DNA of 64,000 nucleotides. Source: Diplonema japonicum (lineage: Eukaryota; Protista; Euglenozoa: Diplonemea). Below, piece by piece: positions 1 through 10,953 of this stretch (the first letter of the stretch is position 1; each line of letters starts with the position of its first letter). The DNA is taken from assembly GCA_964019335.1 (NCBI GenBank), contig OZ025693.1:62001-126000 (forward strand), written 5' to 3'. A model generated the notes under the pieces. It saw nothing but the letters and a program-made list of their open reading frames with translations, searched no databases and was not told the origin of the DNA. Both the position numbers and the translations under genes were made by a program.

Positions 1-482
1 TTTGACAGAAAAAGACAATAACCCCATTAAAGGACGAAGCGCTTAGATATCCTGCGATCAAGGGAAAAGTTTTAAAAAAAAAAAGGTTTTTTGCAAAGAA
101 GAACGTAGTCCCAGCGACTTTTTTTTTTTGGCCCCTAAATTAAAAAAATCTCCGGGGAAAATCACCCGCACATGAGCGTCATCAAAGGGGGTTTTTTTTT
201 TCTTTTTTTTCCAAGTGTCGTTCCATTGTTGCATGCTTCGAGGATGTTTAAATTTTTAGAAAAAAAGAATAACAAAAAAAAAAGTGGTGATCCAGATATG
301 TATATTTCTTTGTTTTCCCCAAAACTCCCGTCCTTTAAATGGAAAAAAAAAAAAAAGAAACAAAAAAAATAACAGAACCGAATCTTTCCTGGGGGGGGGG
401 GGGGGGAGCGGAAAATTTTTCATTTTTCCATAAGAATTAAGGGGGGGGGGGGGGTGTTATAAAAAAAAGTTAACTGCTAAAC

Positions 483-1154
483 TTATTTCGGAGGAGACGG
501 TATGTGTTCAGAAGGAGAAGGTATTGTGTAGGATAGGCGGAAGTAGTACCGTTCACTGCTTTCTCCGTGGGTGCGCTTCTCAAGGGCGTCTTTAGAGGTG
601 CGGAAGCCCTTTGTCAAGAGCTCCTCTTGAACGACAGTACGAAGAACCTCCACACCGCGTTCCTCAGCCATCCACTCGGGGAAGGTTTCGTGCAAAAAAT
701 CTTCCTGTCCCGGGGGGATGTCGTAGGTTAAAGTCACTTTACCTTGATTAGCATCTTCAATCATGGACTGCATCACCCAGTCCACTGCACGAGCAGCTTT
801 GCTTCGCACATTTGCGATCCACATTTTGTAGTGGTTGCAAACAGCGGTCTCCAAGGTCTTGTTGAAATCCCGGGCCTCTTCTTGGGGCGCCGCCGTTGCC
901 TGTTGTAGTTGGTGTTGGTTCAGAAGGATGTTCTGCTGCTGGACGGCGAGGTCCTTTAGTGCCTGCATCGTGTCGCTTAAGGTTTCATCTTTCTCGATCC
1001 CCACCCCTTTCAACACCTCCATGCTGTATAACACCTCCGCCGCTTCACTTGGTTTCAGCCTGCGTATCAATGGGTTCAGCCGTCCGCTCCCCTCGCTCAC
1101 TTGTTTATCTTCACTTTCAGGCACATCAACACCTACATCTTCAACCTCAGTCAT
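483..1154 (-). CDS. Hypothetical protein (~223 aa)
   Basis: GC-rich ORF; likely start MTEVEDVG at 1154, directly after a sense-strand poly(A) run; no recognisable domain. Confidence 0.75.
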   Translation of the reverse strand: MTEVEDVGVDVPESEDKQVSEGSGRLNPLIRRLKPSEAAEVLYSMEVLKGVGIEKDETLSDTMQALKDLAVQQQNILLNQHQLQQATAAPQEEARDFNKTLETAVCNHYKMWIANVRSKAARAVDWVMQSMIEDANQGKVTLTYDIPPGQEDFLHETFPEWMAEERGVEVLRTVVQEELLTKGFRTSKDALEKRTHGESSERYYFRLSYTIPSPSEHIPSPPK

Positions 1155-1155
1155 T

Positions 1156-1188
<33 letters not shown>

Positions 1189-1297
1189 GTAAGCAAGGAC
1201 AAATAAAGCCCCCTTCAAGAAGAATGAAAAGAAAAGGGATTGGAAGAAGAAGAAAAAAAAGTAACCGAATAAGTAAGAGGATACAAAAAAATAAAAA

Positions 1298-1676
1298 AAA
1301 CTCAAAGTACAGGACAAGCCCCCCGCTAGAGGGCCGCCCTATGGGAGGGGGGTCTATCTGTTAATACTCCCCTTCTGGAGCATTGCTTTCATTCCGATTG
1401 AGGCCGTGAGCGTCTTGCGGAGTCGTGTGATGCGGTCCCGCTTGTAGTCGGCTTTCAATTCCATTAGCTTGTCGTGCGTGGAGCGGGTGGCGAAAATAGG
1501 CCTCCTGGAGAAACCAATAGCTGCCTTTCCTCCAATGGCGATGAGGGACTTCACTCTTTTTCTCTCGTCCGCTGGGAAGGGGCGTCGCTTCTTCCGTGCC
1601 CTGCATGCTGTGTTTATCTTTACGATGAGAGCTTTGATTCTGCGCGCCCTATCTTCCAGCAGGCCTCCCAAAGACT
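1298..1676 (-). mobile_element. 3' fragment of a putative non-LTR retrotransposon (copy 1)
   Basis: Highly similar to 51828-52156, including the shared terminus ctcaaagtacaggacaagccccccgctagagggccgccct; carries an ORF remnant GGLLEDRARRIKALIVKIN... Confidence 0.65.
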
Positions 1677-1841
1677 AAAAAAGGCAAGGAGTTACCCCCC
1701 CCCCCCCCCCCCCCTGTCACAAAAAAAACCGATGGGCTACGAAACATGTTTGTTGAGTTTCTTTTTTCTTTTTTTTTTTCCAAGAGAAAATTGAGAGAGC
1801 TGAGCACAGAAAAAGAAGAAAAAAAAACGGGGGGGGGGGAA

Positions 1842-2441
1842 TTATTTTGAGGCCAGTCTTCTGCTAAAGGCGCCGTAGCACGCCTCGATGTCGAACTGTG
1901 CCTGGCGTGCCTGGTCGGGGTTCAGTTCCTCCGCCGCTTTCATCTCGTTCACAATTCGCAGCCAGTTCCGGACAGGCTCCAGCCCCTGAAGGTCCGGGAA
2001 GAGCTTCCCCACTGTGGTGACAATATCGATGAGGATGGGCTGCAGGGCGTCCGCAGACACCTGGCCCATCTTCAAGGTGTCCACGAATGTGATCATATAC
2101 TGCCCTGCTTCTAGGATGTCTTGCCCAGAAGAAGCTTCCTGTGTGTTCCCTCCAAGGGGGACCCCCTTCTTGATCCTCGCGACGGCCGTGGGGTACGAAC
2201 TGCGGTACTCTGCAAGAAACGCAGCCAGCGACCCAATCGACCCTTCCAGCACCTGGTACAGGGACTGGTACTTACTCAGCAGCATCTTGCATTGCTTTAC
2301 GTAGTCCTCCTCTGCCATCTTGCTCCTCACGTACGCCGTCTCCACCCTCTCGATGGCCACCACAATCCCATATAAGTCTGCAAGAGACTCCAGGTGCTCC
2401 CTTTCCTGGTTGTTTTCAAACTGCTGGATTCGCTCCGACAT
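1842..2441 (-). CDS. VPS28: ESCRT-I subunit VPS28 (copy 1)
   Basis: ERE...LADLYGIVVAIERVETAYVR, YxxxCxxLLxKY and ITFVDTLKM motifs; C-terminal LNPDQARQAQFDIEACY. Confidence 0.92.
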   Translation of the reverse strand: MSERIQQFENNQEREHLESLADLYGIVVAIERVETAYVRSKMAEEDYVKQCKMLLSKYQSLYQVLEGSIGSLAAFLAEYRSSYPTAVARIKKGVPLGGNTQEASSGQDILEAGQYMITFVDTLKMGQVSADALQPILIDIVTTVGKLFPDLQGLEPVRNWLRIVNEMKAAEELNPDQARQAQFDIEACYGAFSRRLASK

Positions 2442-2920
2442 TCTCTTTCCTTTTTTTTTTTTTTTTTTTTTTTTTTCCCTTCTTTTTTTAAAAGTCTCCT
2501 GAATGAAGTAGGTGCGTCGTAAAAAATACTTTTTTTTTTCTTTTTTTTTTTTGTTTTAAAGCTTAAGAGAGCTGGGGGAATATAATGGGAAAGAAAATAT
2601 TTGAGGGAAATCAGAAAGAGGAAAGAATAGATATTTTTAATTCACAAAATGGGGGGGGGGGGAGAGTGTAGATTGTAGTTAGTCCCAGCGACCACATTTT
2701 CTCCATTCATTCTTTCAAAACCTTTTTTCTTCTGCTTTTCTTTTCTTTAAGGGGAGGAGTACCTCAAGAGCAAGGTTCAATCCTTCCCCCCCCCCCCCCC
2801 CCCCCACCTTCATCTTCATTTCATTTCCAACATCCTAAAAAATCAGCGCTGGCTAAGGGAAAAAAAAATGGGACATGCAGATAGATTATGAATCTGCACT
2901 GTGAAAAAAAAAAAAAAAAA

Positions 2921-2960
2921 TCACTATGATAGGAACGAAGTGGTTAGCAACGGCCCGCCC
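2921..2960 (+). repeat. ~45-nt dispersed poly(A)-tailed repeat, copy 1 of 5
   Basis: TCACTATGATAGGAACGAAGTGGTTAGCAACGGCCC followed by an A-run; also at 4595, 46473, 50643 and 54005. Confidence 0.85.
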
Positions 2961-2987
2961 AAAATAAAAAAAAAAAAAAAACCCCCT

Positions 2988-3815
2988 TTACTCCTCAATG
3001 TCATCAGACCACGTGCATCCGTTCTCCCCAGACGTCGATGTAAGCACCCATGGGGAGGAAGGTGTTGCGCTTTTACGGGTGGTGAACGAGCAATAGTTTG
3101 CCTTGTAAACCACGGAGTTAGGCGACAACGAGGTAATGGACCGACCGATGGCGATCCCGTGTGTGACAAGAACCGTGTTCTGCCTGCTGGAAGGGAGGAT
3201 ATCGGTGAAGGCGTGGTCGTACCGCGCATTGGCTTGCCGATGGGACTCCGGGAAGGGCGGCTGTATCCCATGCACGACAACATTAGGCAGATCACTCTCA
3301 CTGAAAACCCCGTCCTCCGCCAAACCCTTTAAAACCGTAAGAACCGCAGCTTCCACCTTATCATCCTCGAACTCCGGCCGGACTGTGCTGCTCAAGGTCC
3401 TCGGTTCTTGCACTTCGCTCAGATCATGATGTACTATAATCTTGCTAGCGATGGGAACCTCATCACTACTTCCCTTCTTCAGCTCGTGGTAAATAATGGC
3501 GGCGGTTTGCAAGCATCTTATATATGGGCTGCTGATTACAACGTTTGGTGTCTCGTTTCTGGGGAGTTGTAGCAGTTTTGTTGCTACTTCTTTGGCTTGT
3601 TGTCTCCCGTCGGCGGTCAGTGGGGGGTCATAGGGCCTGTCTGAGAGCTTCACCCAGTTGTCGTCAACTGCGTCTTCTCTCTCTCCGTGTCTGACTGTGT
3701 AAACAAATTGCTCTTTCGGGGTTCGCTCTCTTGTGTTGTGAGCGATCTCAGATACCTCTTCCTCGTCTTCCTCTTCAAAACCCCCTCTTCTCGCACAGCA
3801 GCCAAGCTGTCCCAT
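2988..3815 (-). CDS. Histidine phosphatase (phosphoglycerate mutase-like), probably N-myristoylated and palmitoylated
   Basis: VRHGER, DPPLT..G..QA, SSPYIRCLQTA and LVTHG motifs; start MGQLGCC. Confidence 0.88.
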   Translation of the reverse strand: MGQLGCCARRGGFEEEDEEEVSEIAHNTRERTPKEQFVYTVRHGEREDAVDDNWVKLSDRPYDPPLTADGRQQAKEVATKLLQLPRNETPNVVISSPYIRCLQTAAIIYHELKKGSSDEVPIASKIIVHHDLSEVQEPRTLSSTVRPEFEDDKVEAAVLTVLKGLAEDGVFSESDLPNVVVHGIQPPFPESHRQANARYDHAFTDILPSSRQNTVLVTHGIAIGRSITSLSPNSVVYKANYCSFTTRKSATPSSPWVLTSTSGENGCTWSDDIEE

Positions 3816-4594
3816 TTTTCTTTTTTGCCTCAAATGATTAAGGGGGGGGGGGGGGTGAAATTAGGAAAAAAAATAATTCCCGAAAAGAAAAAAAAAGAAA
3901 ATAGAAAATAAAAAAGAAGAGAAAAGAAGAATTTTCATTTTTTTTTTTGAGGGCGGGGGAGAGAGATGGGGAAAGGGGATATATAAAAAAAAAAAAAAGA
4001 ATAAGAAGAAGAAAAAAAGTAGGGGGGGAAAAAAGAAAGTTTAAAAAAAAAAAACAATATTTTTTTTTATCCTCCGCATTTTTTTTTTTTTTTTGGGTGT
4101 GAAAATACAACTACCCCCCTCTCCTTTTCTCTTTCACCCCATCTTTTTTTTTTTGAAAGTACGTGCGCAAAAAAATAAACGGGGGAAGGTGAAAAAAAGT
4201 GCTGCTTTGCTTGTCACCATCTTTGTTTGTTCTTTCCCTCTGTAAAAAAAAAAAAAAAACTAGCTTTGTGGGGAAAAAAAAGAGGACGAGCGGATAGCAA
4301 CTGATACGGATGGTCCAGGGGGGGAAAGAGAGAGTTATTGGCTGGCGCAAGGTTTAGCTTCAGCGCAAACCCACTACTGTCATCTATTTGGTTACGTAGC
4401 AGGGGGCAACCCCCCAGATACTGTGCACTTCGCTCAAAGAAGAAAAAGAAATAAAGGGTAAAGGAGGCCAGTGTTGCAGATTCTGCGCTCGTGCAGTTTG
4501 CTGCCTGTTCGTCACTCTGAGCTTTTTAAAAAAAAAAATCCTCATTTCTTTTCTATTTAACTCCAGCAAATCTTTTCGTTGTGTGGGAGTAACA

Positions 4595-4638
4595 AATTCA
4601 CTATGATAGGAAAACGAAGTGGTTAGCAACGGCCCGTC
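4595..4638 (+). repeat. ~45-nt dispersed poly(A)-tailed repeat, copy 2
   Basis: AATTCACTATGATAGGAAAACGAAGTGGTTAGCAACGGCCCGTC followed by a long A-run. Confidence 0.85.
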
Positions 4639-5852
4639 AAAAAAAAAAAAAAAAAAAAAAAAATTAGAATTCATTTTATTTTCACTCCTGACTTTATTTT
4701 CACGCCCTGGGCCCTAATTTAAGCAAAACCTTCAAAAATATTCCTTTGGGATGGGTAAGAACCCGACTGCACAAGAGGGGACGCAGCAGGGTTCACCCCC
4801 TTCCAAGGGCCATACGTTATTTTTTCTCGCCGACACCCACCGGAGGGGTTAACCTACTCTGGTGATTTCTATTTCAGAACTGAGAAAAAAAGATTTTTTC
4901 CATCAGGGCAATAACCCCCTCCCCCAAACGTTTGTGCTTTTTTCGTGTTCGCTTGCTACGGGGTTTGGTGTAACAGAGTCATCTTTGGTCGCATTTCCCA
5001 GCTCAAGGGGGTTTTTATTAATTACACTTTTTCCCTGTCATTTTGAAACCAACAAAAAAAGGGGGGGGGGGGACCACACCCGGGGGAAATCAAAAAATCT
5101 TTTTCTTGTTTTGTTTGAAGGGTCAAAATTTTCCCCGCAAAAAATATGAGTGCGTGGGGGGGGGGGGGGGGGGGGGAAGTGCTTACTGTTCAAGAAGAAA
5201 TTCACACTAATCAGCAGAAAATCTTTTGTGAAAAAATCTTTTTTTTGAGGGGGGGTTCTTCCCCCCCCCCCCCCCCATCCTCCTCTTCTGACCTCAACAA
5301 GGAAAAAAAAGAAATCATTGTTTGAAAGAAGAGAGAAAAAAAAAATGAAACGGTTCTTTCTTCAACAGAAAAGCTACAAAATAGTGTGATACAATCAGGG
5401 CGCCAGTTTTGAAAAAAAAGAAAGGTGAATGGGGGGGCAGTACCCGATAGAAGAAGAACGAAAAAAAAGGGGGGGAAAAAAAAGCTAGCACTGTTTGCTT
5501 GTACTTGATGGGGCTGGATAAAAAAGTTTATAACCGAAACGGTAGATATTCTAGCAACTTGAAGTTTCAGTACCCGTGACTTGCCTGAATGAAGCGGCTT
5601 ACCAAAAGAAGAAGAAAAAAAAAAGGGGTGATACCAGAGACATGAGGAAGGGGCGAGTGGTTTCTATTGTTTGTGTTCTTTTATTTCTCTTATATTTCAC
5701 CACACAGATGACAGTTTCTGCTTTCTTTTTTCTTTTCTTTTCTTCTTGAATCAGGCTCCGTGAGTGCCTCCTCTTTGCAACCTGGCCAGAGAAAATTAAA
5801 AAAAGGGGGGAAGGATGGGAGGTAACTAAAAAAAAGTTATCTGAGATTTCTT

Positions 5853-7324
5853 CATAGTATCCAGGGTTAACCGATCACCCGCGGGTTTTTAATTACAATC
5901 GGGTTTTAAATTGACGTCAAATGAAAGGCGAGCATGCAACCATGCTTAAAACCCTTATATTCGTATCCCGGGGCCCCCAGATACACAAAGCCGGCCCCAG
6001 GGAGCATCAAAACGACTTAGAAAAGGATTATTTTCTCGAAAAGCTGTTTTTTCGCTTTTTTTGACGGGTTTTTAATTAAAAGCGAAAAAACAAAAAAAAT
6101 CGAAAATCAAAAATTAAAACAGGAGGAGAGCATGCAATCATGCTTAAAACCCTTCGTTTCATCCCCCGGGCCCCCCAGATACACAAAGCCGACCCCAGGG
6201 AGCATCAAAATGACATAGAAAAGGATTATTTTCCCGAAAAGCTGGTGCTTCCCTGTTTCAGGCAGGATCCTAATTGGGAGCGAAATCAAAAGTCAATAAT
6301 TAAAACGGGAGGAGAGCACGCAACCATGCATATAATAACCCTTTTATTCGTCCCCCGGGCCCCCCAGATACACAAAGCCGACCCCAGGGAGCATCAAAAC
6401 GACTTAGAAAGGATTATTTTCCCGAAAAGCTGTTTTTTCGCTTTTTTTTTGGCGGTTTTTCTTCTTTTTTCTGTTTAAATAGGAGCGAAATCAAAAATCA
6501 ATAATTAGAACGGGAGGAGAGCATGCAACCATACTTATAACCCTTCTATTCGTCTCCCGGACCTCCCAGGTTCACAACGCCTGCATCGAAACAACTTAGA
6601 AAAGGATTATTTTCCCGAAAATCGGCATTCTCCCTGTTTTTGGCGGGTTTTTAACTGGGCACGAAAGTCAATAATGAAAAACATTGAAACTTGAACGGGA
6701 AGTAGCAACGCACAAAGTAAGGGGGCGCCTTGAAAAGCTCCATGGGACACACGGAAGCGTGCCCGTTGAGGCAGGATGTTCACCCACAGAGAACTGAATG
6801 CACGCACACAGCGATGAACGCACAATTTCTTACCTCCCTGCTTGCAACCCGGCGTGCCTGAGAACGTGGTGCCTGTCAGACGAAGACAGAGCACCACTGA
6901 TGTCCTGGTTCAGGTACAAGAACAACAGCTGCCTTCGTACGTCTGGTGTGAGGCGGACGCGACGCATCTCTCCGAACTTGGCGTCGATCGAGGAGAACAC
7001 CGCGTCCACGGCTGTTACCACAGGCTGCGTGTACAGCAGCGACAAGGCTCTGTCATGCAAAACAGGGAGAGCAGCTTTCTGAGCTTCAAAACTGCATTTA
7101 AGGCCTTAAATAAGGCTCTATTTTGGGTTTTAATGGCTGGAATGGGTTCAGATCGTCAAAATAGGGTTTTTGAAAAAAAAAAAAATTTGAGCATGGTCTT
7201 GGTCGATCAAACCGATCCGAAATTAGAAAAAAACCGATCATTAACCCGACTGTGATCGAAAATCTAAAATTGCTCGGGTCGGGTTTCAAAACCCGAAGGT
7301 GATCGGTTAACCCTGGACACTATG
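5853..7324 (-). mobile_element. Non-autonomous hAT-derived DNA transposon
   Basis: TIR CATAGT(A/G)TCCAGGGTTAACCGATCACC at both ends; direct repeat TTTCTT at 5847-5852 and 7325-7330; internal remnant LPVLHDRALSLLYTQPVVTAVDAVFS...RVRL...LLFLYLN resembles the hAT C-terminal dimerisation domain. Confidence 0.85.
5921..6650. repeat. Four tandem ~185-205 bp repeats inside the hAT element
   Basis: Unit gagcatgcaaccatgctt...cccccagatacacaaagcc...gaaaaggattattttcccgaaaa recurs at ~5930, 6128, 6314 and 6518. Confidence 0.9.
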
Positions 7325-7914
7325 TTTCTTTTTTGAAAAAAAATTGAACCATGTTAAAGAGAGGAGAGGTGCTCTTATCACTTTCGGGTCTACACCTTTG
7401 CCTTCCTCTGTTTATAATGGGAACGCGGCTCGCTCTGACTCTCAAGGTGAGGTGTCGCGCACACCTGCTGCCCTTAAAAAGTGGGGGGGGGGGGGGGGGG
7501 GGAAGGTTCGAGAGTGAAATGTATTTTTTAAAAAAAAAAGAAAGAAAAAAAAAAGAAGGAGGTGGTAACGACAAATAGTTAGGCCCTTTCGTGGTTTTTT
7601 TTTTCTCTCCCCTTCTTTTATTTCATTTTCTTTTTTTTTTCTCCCCCTGCCGCCACCATGTTATTGTATTTTCTCAGTCGTGGGGGGGGGGGGGGGAGGG
7701 AAAGGAGGGGGGACGATAATCAAGACAAGAGAAAGGAGAAACTTAACGGGGGGGGGGGGGCGAAAACGAAAAGAAAAACGAAATATGTTGCTATCACAAA
7801 AAAATAATAAATTCTTAAAAAAAAAAAAATAGGGCTATGTCACGCCCATTCCCTCAGGGGAAGGGAAACGGGACGCGTACTAGCAAAATAGGGGATGAGG
7901 GGACGCAAAAAAAA

Positions 7915-7962
7915 ATATATGAGTTAAAGGAGGCCGGTGTTGGCGGCGCCCTGCACAAGAAC
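7915..7962. repeat. 48-bp dispersed repeat (copy 1 of 2)
   Basis: atatatgagttaaaggaggccggtgttggcggcgccctgcacaagaac, identical at 52658-52705. Confidence 0.8.
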
Positions 7963-8139
7963 TGTCAAAAAAAAAAATCATAAAAAGAAATCAAAAAAAA
8001 AATCAAACAAACAAACCTAAACGAAGGGAGCGGAAAGCTTTTTTTTCTTCTTCTTCTTCTATTTCTTTTTTTTCTTTTCTTGCATACTAACATTCTTTTT
8101 TATTTTTTTTATTTTTTTTTTTTTCTATCTCTTATCTGT

Positions 8140-8814
8140 TCAAAAAGGTGTATGAGGTGATTTCGAGGTAGGTGACGCAACAGGAGAAGGCGCCGTATCA
8201 CTGTCACTGTCAGCCTCTTCCATGAGATCCACGAGAGGAGCCGTGGGATCCGTGGAAAGTACTTCCTATTTTTTTTTTTTTTTTTTTTTTATTTCCTTTC
8301 TTCAAAAGACCATACCCTAAATACAAACTGAACCGTGGTGACACCAAAGCACAGAAGGTCCACATCAGGCTCTTCTCGCAACACATCCCCATCGATGCTG
8401 AGCAAGTAACGGCCCACATAATCACTGAAACCGCACCGCTCAGCAGCAGACATTGGTGCCACACCGGTCAGCGCAGTATCGGTAAAGATCAGACCCGTGG
8501 CCTCATCGTGGCGCTTCCGAAGCTCTTTCACCTCGTGTTTCACGGGTTTGAACTTAAGATTCACCACAGTCGGGGACCGAGACTTCCTTTGGATGTCTGT
8601 GTCGGTGGCCACCCTCACCTCATTGACATGCTCCAGCTTTCTTCCTATGAACCTCTCAAGTTGGGATCTCTTCGCTGGCCCGGTACTGTCCACATTGACA
8701 AGTACACAGTCGTCAAAGGTGCACCCTAACGGTGCCTTGTGCTCCTTCAGCAAGTATTCCTCATCTACTGTCACGGGCGGCCTTGCTTCTGCGACAAGGG
8801 TTATCCCATCTGAG

Positions 8815-8854
<40 letters not shown>

Positions 8855-10766
8855 CCTCAAAGCATACCAGCGGTGATCAATGAAACCCACCCGACAAGCG
8901 GTGCCACAACCTTTGCTCTCCTCCCCTTCACCTCTACCACGTCTACCAACGTTCCTGGTGCGAGCGTGCCAACCTCTTCCGTGTCGAAGGTCTCTCCTCT
9001 TCGTGCAACGGACCCGCTCTCTCCTACCACCCTGCCCCGCCCCGGTTCTATCAAGACACACTGCGGTTTTAATTGATTTTCTTTTGTAAAACACATACAT
9101 CTTCCACGGGGGGTGTGAGGGATGGGTACGCATCGCAAGGCTCGTAGTCGATGTACCTGCTCTTCAGCAGAAACTCTGGCGGAGGCAAAGGGTTGCTAGT
9201 TGTGATGTGGGAGTCCACCCATTCCAAGTAGGGGGGGGCGACGGACAGCTCGCAGAGCTTCCCGATCCACATGAGCCAGTCAGTGAGGGTGACAGTGTCA
9301 CCAGAGAGGTGCTTGAGGTACGCCTTGGCGTTTGCCCTCGAGAGGCGGAGGGCGCAGATCAGGTCAGCCATCTTCACGACTGATTGATACGTCCCGTTCT
9401 GAGAGCTGCTTGGGTCCGTGTACTGCTTCACTAGAATGTTGAAGAGCCGCTTCCCTTTGATCCAACACTCTGCCACTTGCCTTGCACGCGGGTCGTTCAC
9501 ATCCGTCCTGCCCTTCAAGGCAAGCGGTAGTGCTGTCCAGTTGGAGTTGTCAAACTGCCACCTGATAACGTACCCGTCATTGGCAGCCTTGCCAAGGATG
9601 GAGCACGGGTGGTACATCCCTCCCCACAACGCGACGACTTCTTCGTTCGCGTTGAGGGAGCTCGTGTCGAAGTACGGGGCGGGGACAGGGGGGTGGGGCG
9701 CTGCCTTGCACATCAGCAGCCGTATTACCTGCTTGTTGGTCTGCACCACGTATCGCGTGAACTGATCCAACGTCATGATCGACTTGTCGTCGACCGAGTG
9801 CAGGATCTGGCCCACCGTCACGTCTGCTGACCCGTTGTTGGCCTGTACCATGAGCCCCAAGGGTGACTGCCCCCATTGGACGCTCAGATCGTTCACGGAG
9901 AAGGTCACATAGTTTCCACGCACCCTCCGCCACACAGACCCTTCGGCCCACACCACCATTTCGCTGTTGATTCTGTACGATTTGATCCCGTTGTGGAGGA
10001 TCATCCCGTTTCTGCTCTGCAGTGTGCTTAAGGTGGTCATCCCCGACGGCCGCACACTCTTCACGTTCAACTCGACCACATCGTAGATAGCCCCCGACCC
10101 GTCGTACCACCTCCCCTGCAAGCAATTCTGACTGTGGTCCGAGTTCGTGACCCTGATAAGGTCCGGGCGCACCTTGTACTGCACAGCACCGCTCTGCCAC
10201 ACAATGTCGGAGGTGCCATCGGAATGGAGCTCTGTGACCACTGCGTGCGTCCATTCGCCATGGACGAGGACGTGCACTGCAGCGCCGACTGGTGCTTTGT
10301 GGAAGTCGCCTGGCGTAGAGATGGTTTCATCCAGTCTTATACGGACGCTGCGCCTTGTGGGAGAAGTCTGTATGACGGGCACGACGGTCTCGTCGGGGAT
10401 GATGTCCTGGAGATCTGCGAGGACCACGGAGGCAACCCACTTTGACTCGCCGTCGGCATTACGCACACAGTACCGTGGGCAGAGTTCCTCCCCTAGGTCT
10501 TCGACAAGTACCGCCACCTCACCGCTGTCGCCCAGAACCACAGTGTCACCTAACGCAACCCCCTTAATGGTGGCCCCAAGGTCCATGTCGTCGTTCAAAC
10601 AGTCCAACGGGTTCGGCGACACAGGTTGTCCGCCCTGTTCCGCGCTCGGTCCCATCATCTCCGTCGTTGTCGTGTTAGTGGTCACCGCCAGCGTGGGGCT
10701 CATGACGGCGTCATCCTTCCCTTCGTACGACTTGCCCTTCTTCTTTCTACACCAACACCAAATCAT
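8140..10766 (-). CDS. Multi-exon hypothetical protein with Tudor/KOW-like, PDZ-like and SH3-like modules
   Basis: Three ORFs plus a final exon join in frame across GT-AG introns 9061-9098, 8810-8867 and 8266-8315; SH3b-like segment VGTLAPGTLVDVVEVKGRRAKVVAPLVGWVS; start codon uncertain. Confidence 0.75.
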
Positions 10767-10953
10767 TTGATGCCCCCCAGAGCACCGTTCATCAAAAGAC
10801 CCTCCTGTGATGACTGGTTAAGAAAATACATTACATTCTAAGGGTAAAAACGAAGGCGTGCCAAACACTGCGCACCTTTGAGGAGAAGCAAAGAGAAGCA
10901 ACACTGCGACGGGGGGGTTAGGGCCCCAGCGTATTGGTGTGTATATGGAACAT

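Noticed and set aside
1304-1312. CTGTACTTT on the minus strand at the retro-fragment terminus, resembling the spliced-leader 3' end
   Set aside because: Only a 9-nt match, with no rest of the SL exon or GTATG donor; probably chance
5921-6650. CRISPR-like array
   Set aside because: The ~200-bp units are similar throughout, have no unique spacers and lie within transposon TIRs
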